44,018 bases of DNA from a virus. Taxonomy: Duplodnaviria; Caudoviricetes. Of the stretch, positions 44,016-44,018 are shown in pieces. Position 1 is the stretch's first letter, and every line of letters starts with the position of its first letter. The notes below the pieces were generated by a model that was not told where the DNA came from, ran no database searches, and saw nothing but the letters and a program-made list of their open reading frames with translations. The stretch lies in the IMG/VR virus record IMGVR_UViG_3300048848_000270, positions 1-44,018 of that record. One strand, 5' to 3'. The position numbers were made by a program, and so were the translations under genes.

Positions 44016-44018
44016 CAC

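Larger units (their letters stand above)
1..44018. mobile_element. Temperate P22-like podovirus prophage, near complete
   Basis: Lambdoid gene order: integrase, recombination, CI/Cro, replication, terminase, portal, scaffold, coat, tail, ejection and lysis genes. No tape-measure gene seen. att core not visible. Confidence 0.95.

Noticed and set aside
1-44018. tRNA genes, attL/attR core repeats, pac site
   Set aside because: None could be identified by eye, and the window ends at gene boundaries.

Overview
The window is an apparently near-complete temperate podovirus (prophage) of about 44 kb and high GC. The host is probably an alphaproteobacterium, likely Sphingomonadaceae (inference from protein styles). 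Left to right: tyrosine integrase and putative xis; a leftward early operon (NinB, HNH-like nuclease, SSB, ERF recombinase, a stand-alone nucleotidyltransferase-fold protein); an acyltransferase-3 conversion gene; a CI/Cro switch with five 18-bp operators; replication genes (RusA, initiator, T7/Twinkle-type primase-helicase with an out-of-frame zinc domain); a P22-like head and tail module (TerS, TerL, portal, scaffold, coat, gp4, gp10, gp14, three ejection proteins, several carbohydrate-active receptor-binding proteins); an endolysin/holin/spanin cassette; and a leftward mosaic right arm. att core sites are not visible because the window ends at gene boundaries. Most notable: (1) two homologous multi-hairpin elements with GNA loops that flank one gene in inverted orientation, like a structured-DNA gene cassette; (2) two tandem promoter plus leaderless Cys4-microprotein units antisense to the cro operon, absent from the ORF track; (3) a P22 gp4-like adaptor fused to a large glycoside-hydrolase-like region; (4) an unannotated Rmf-like microprotein. 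All family calls come from motif recognition by eye; no searches were run.
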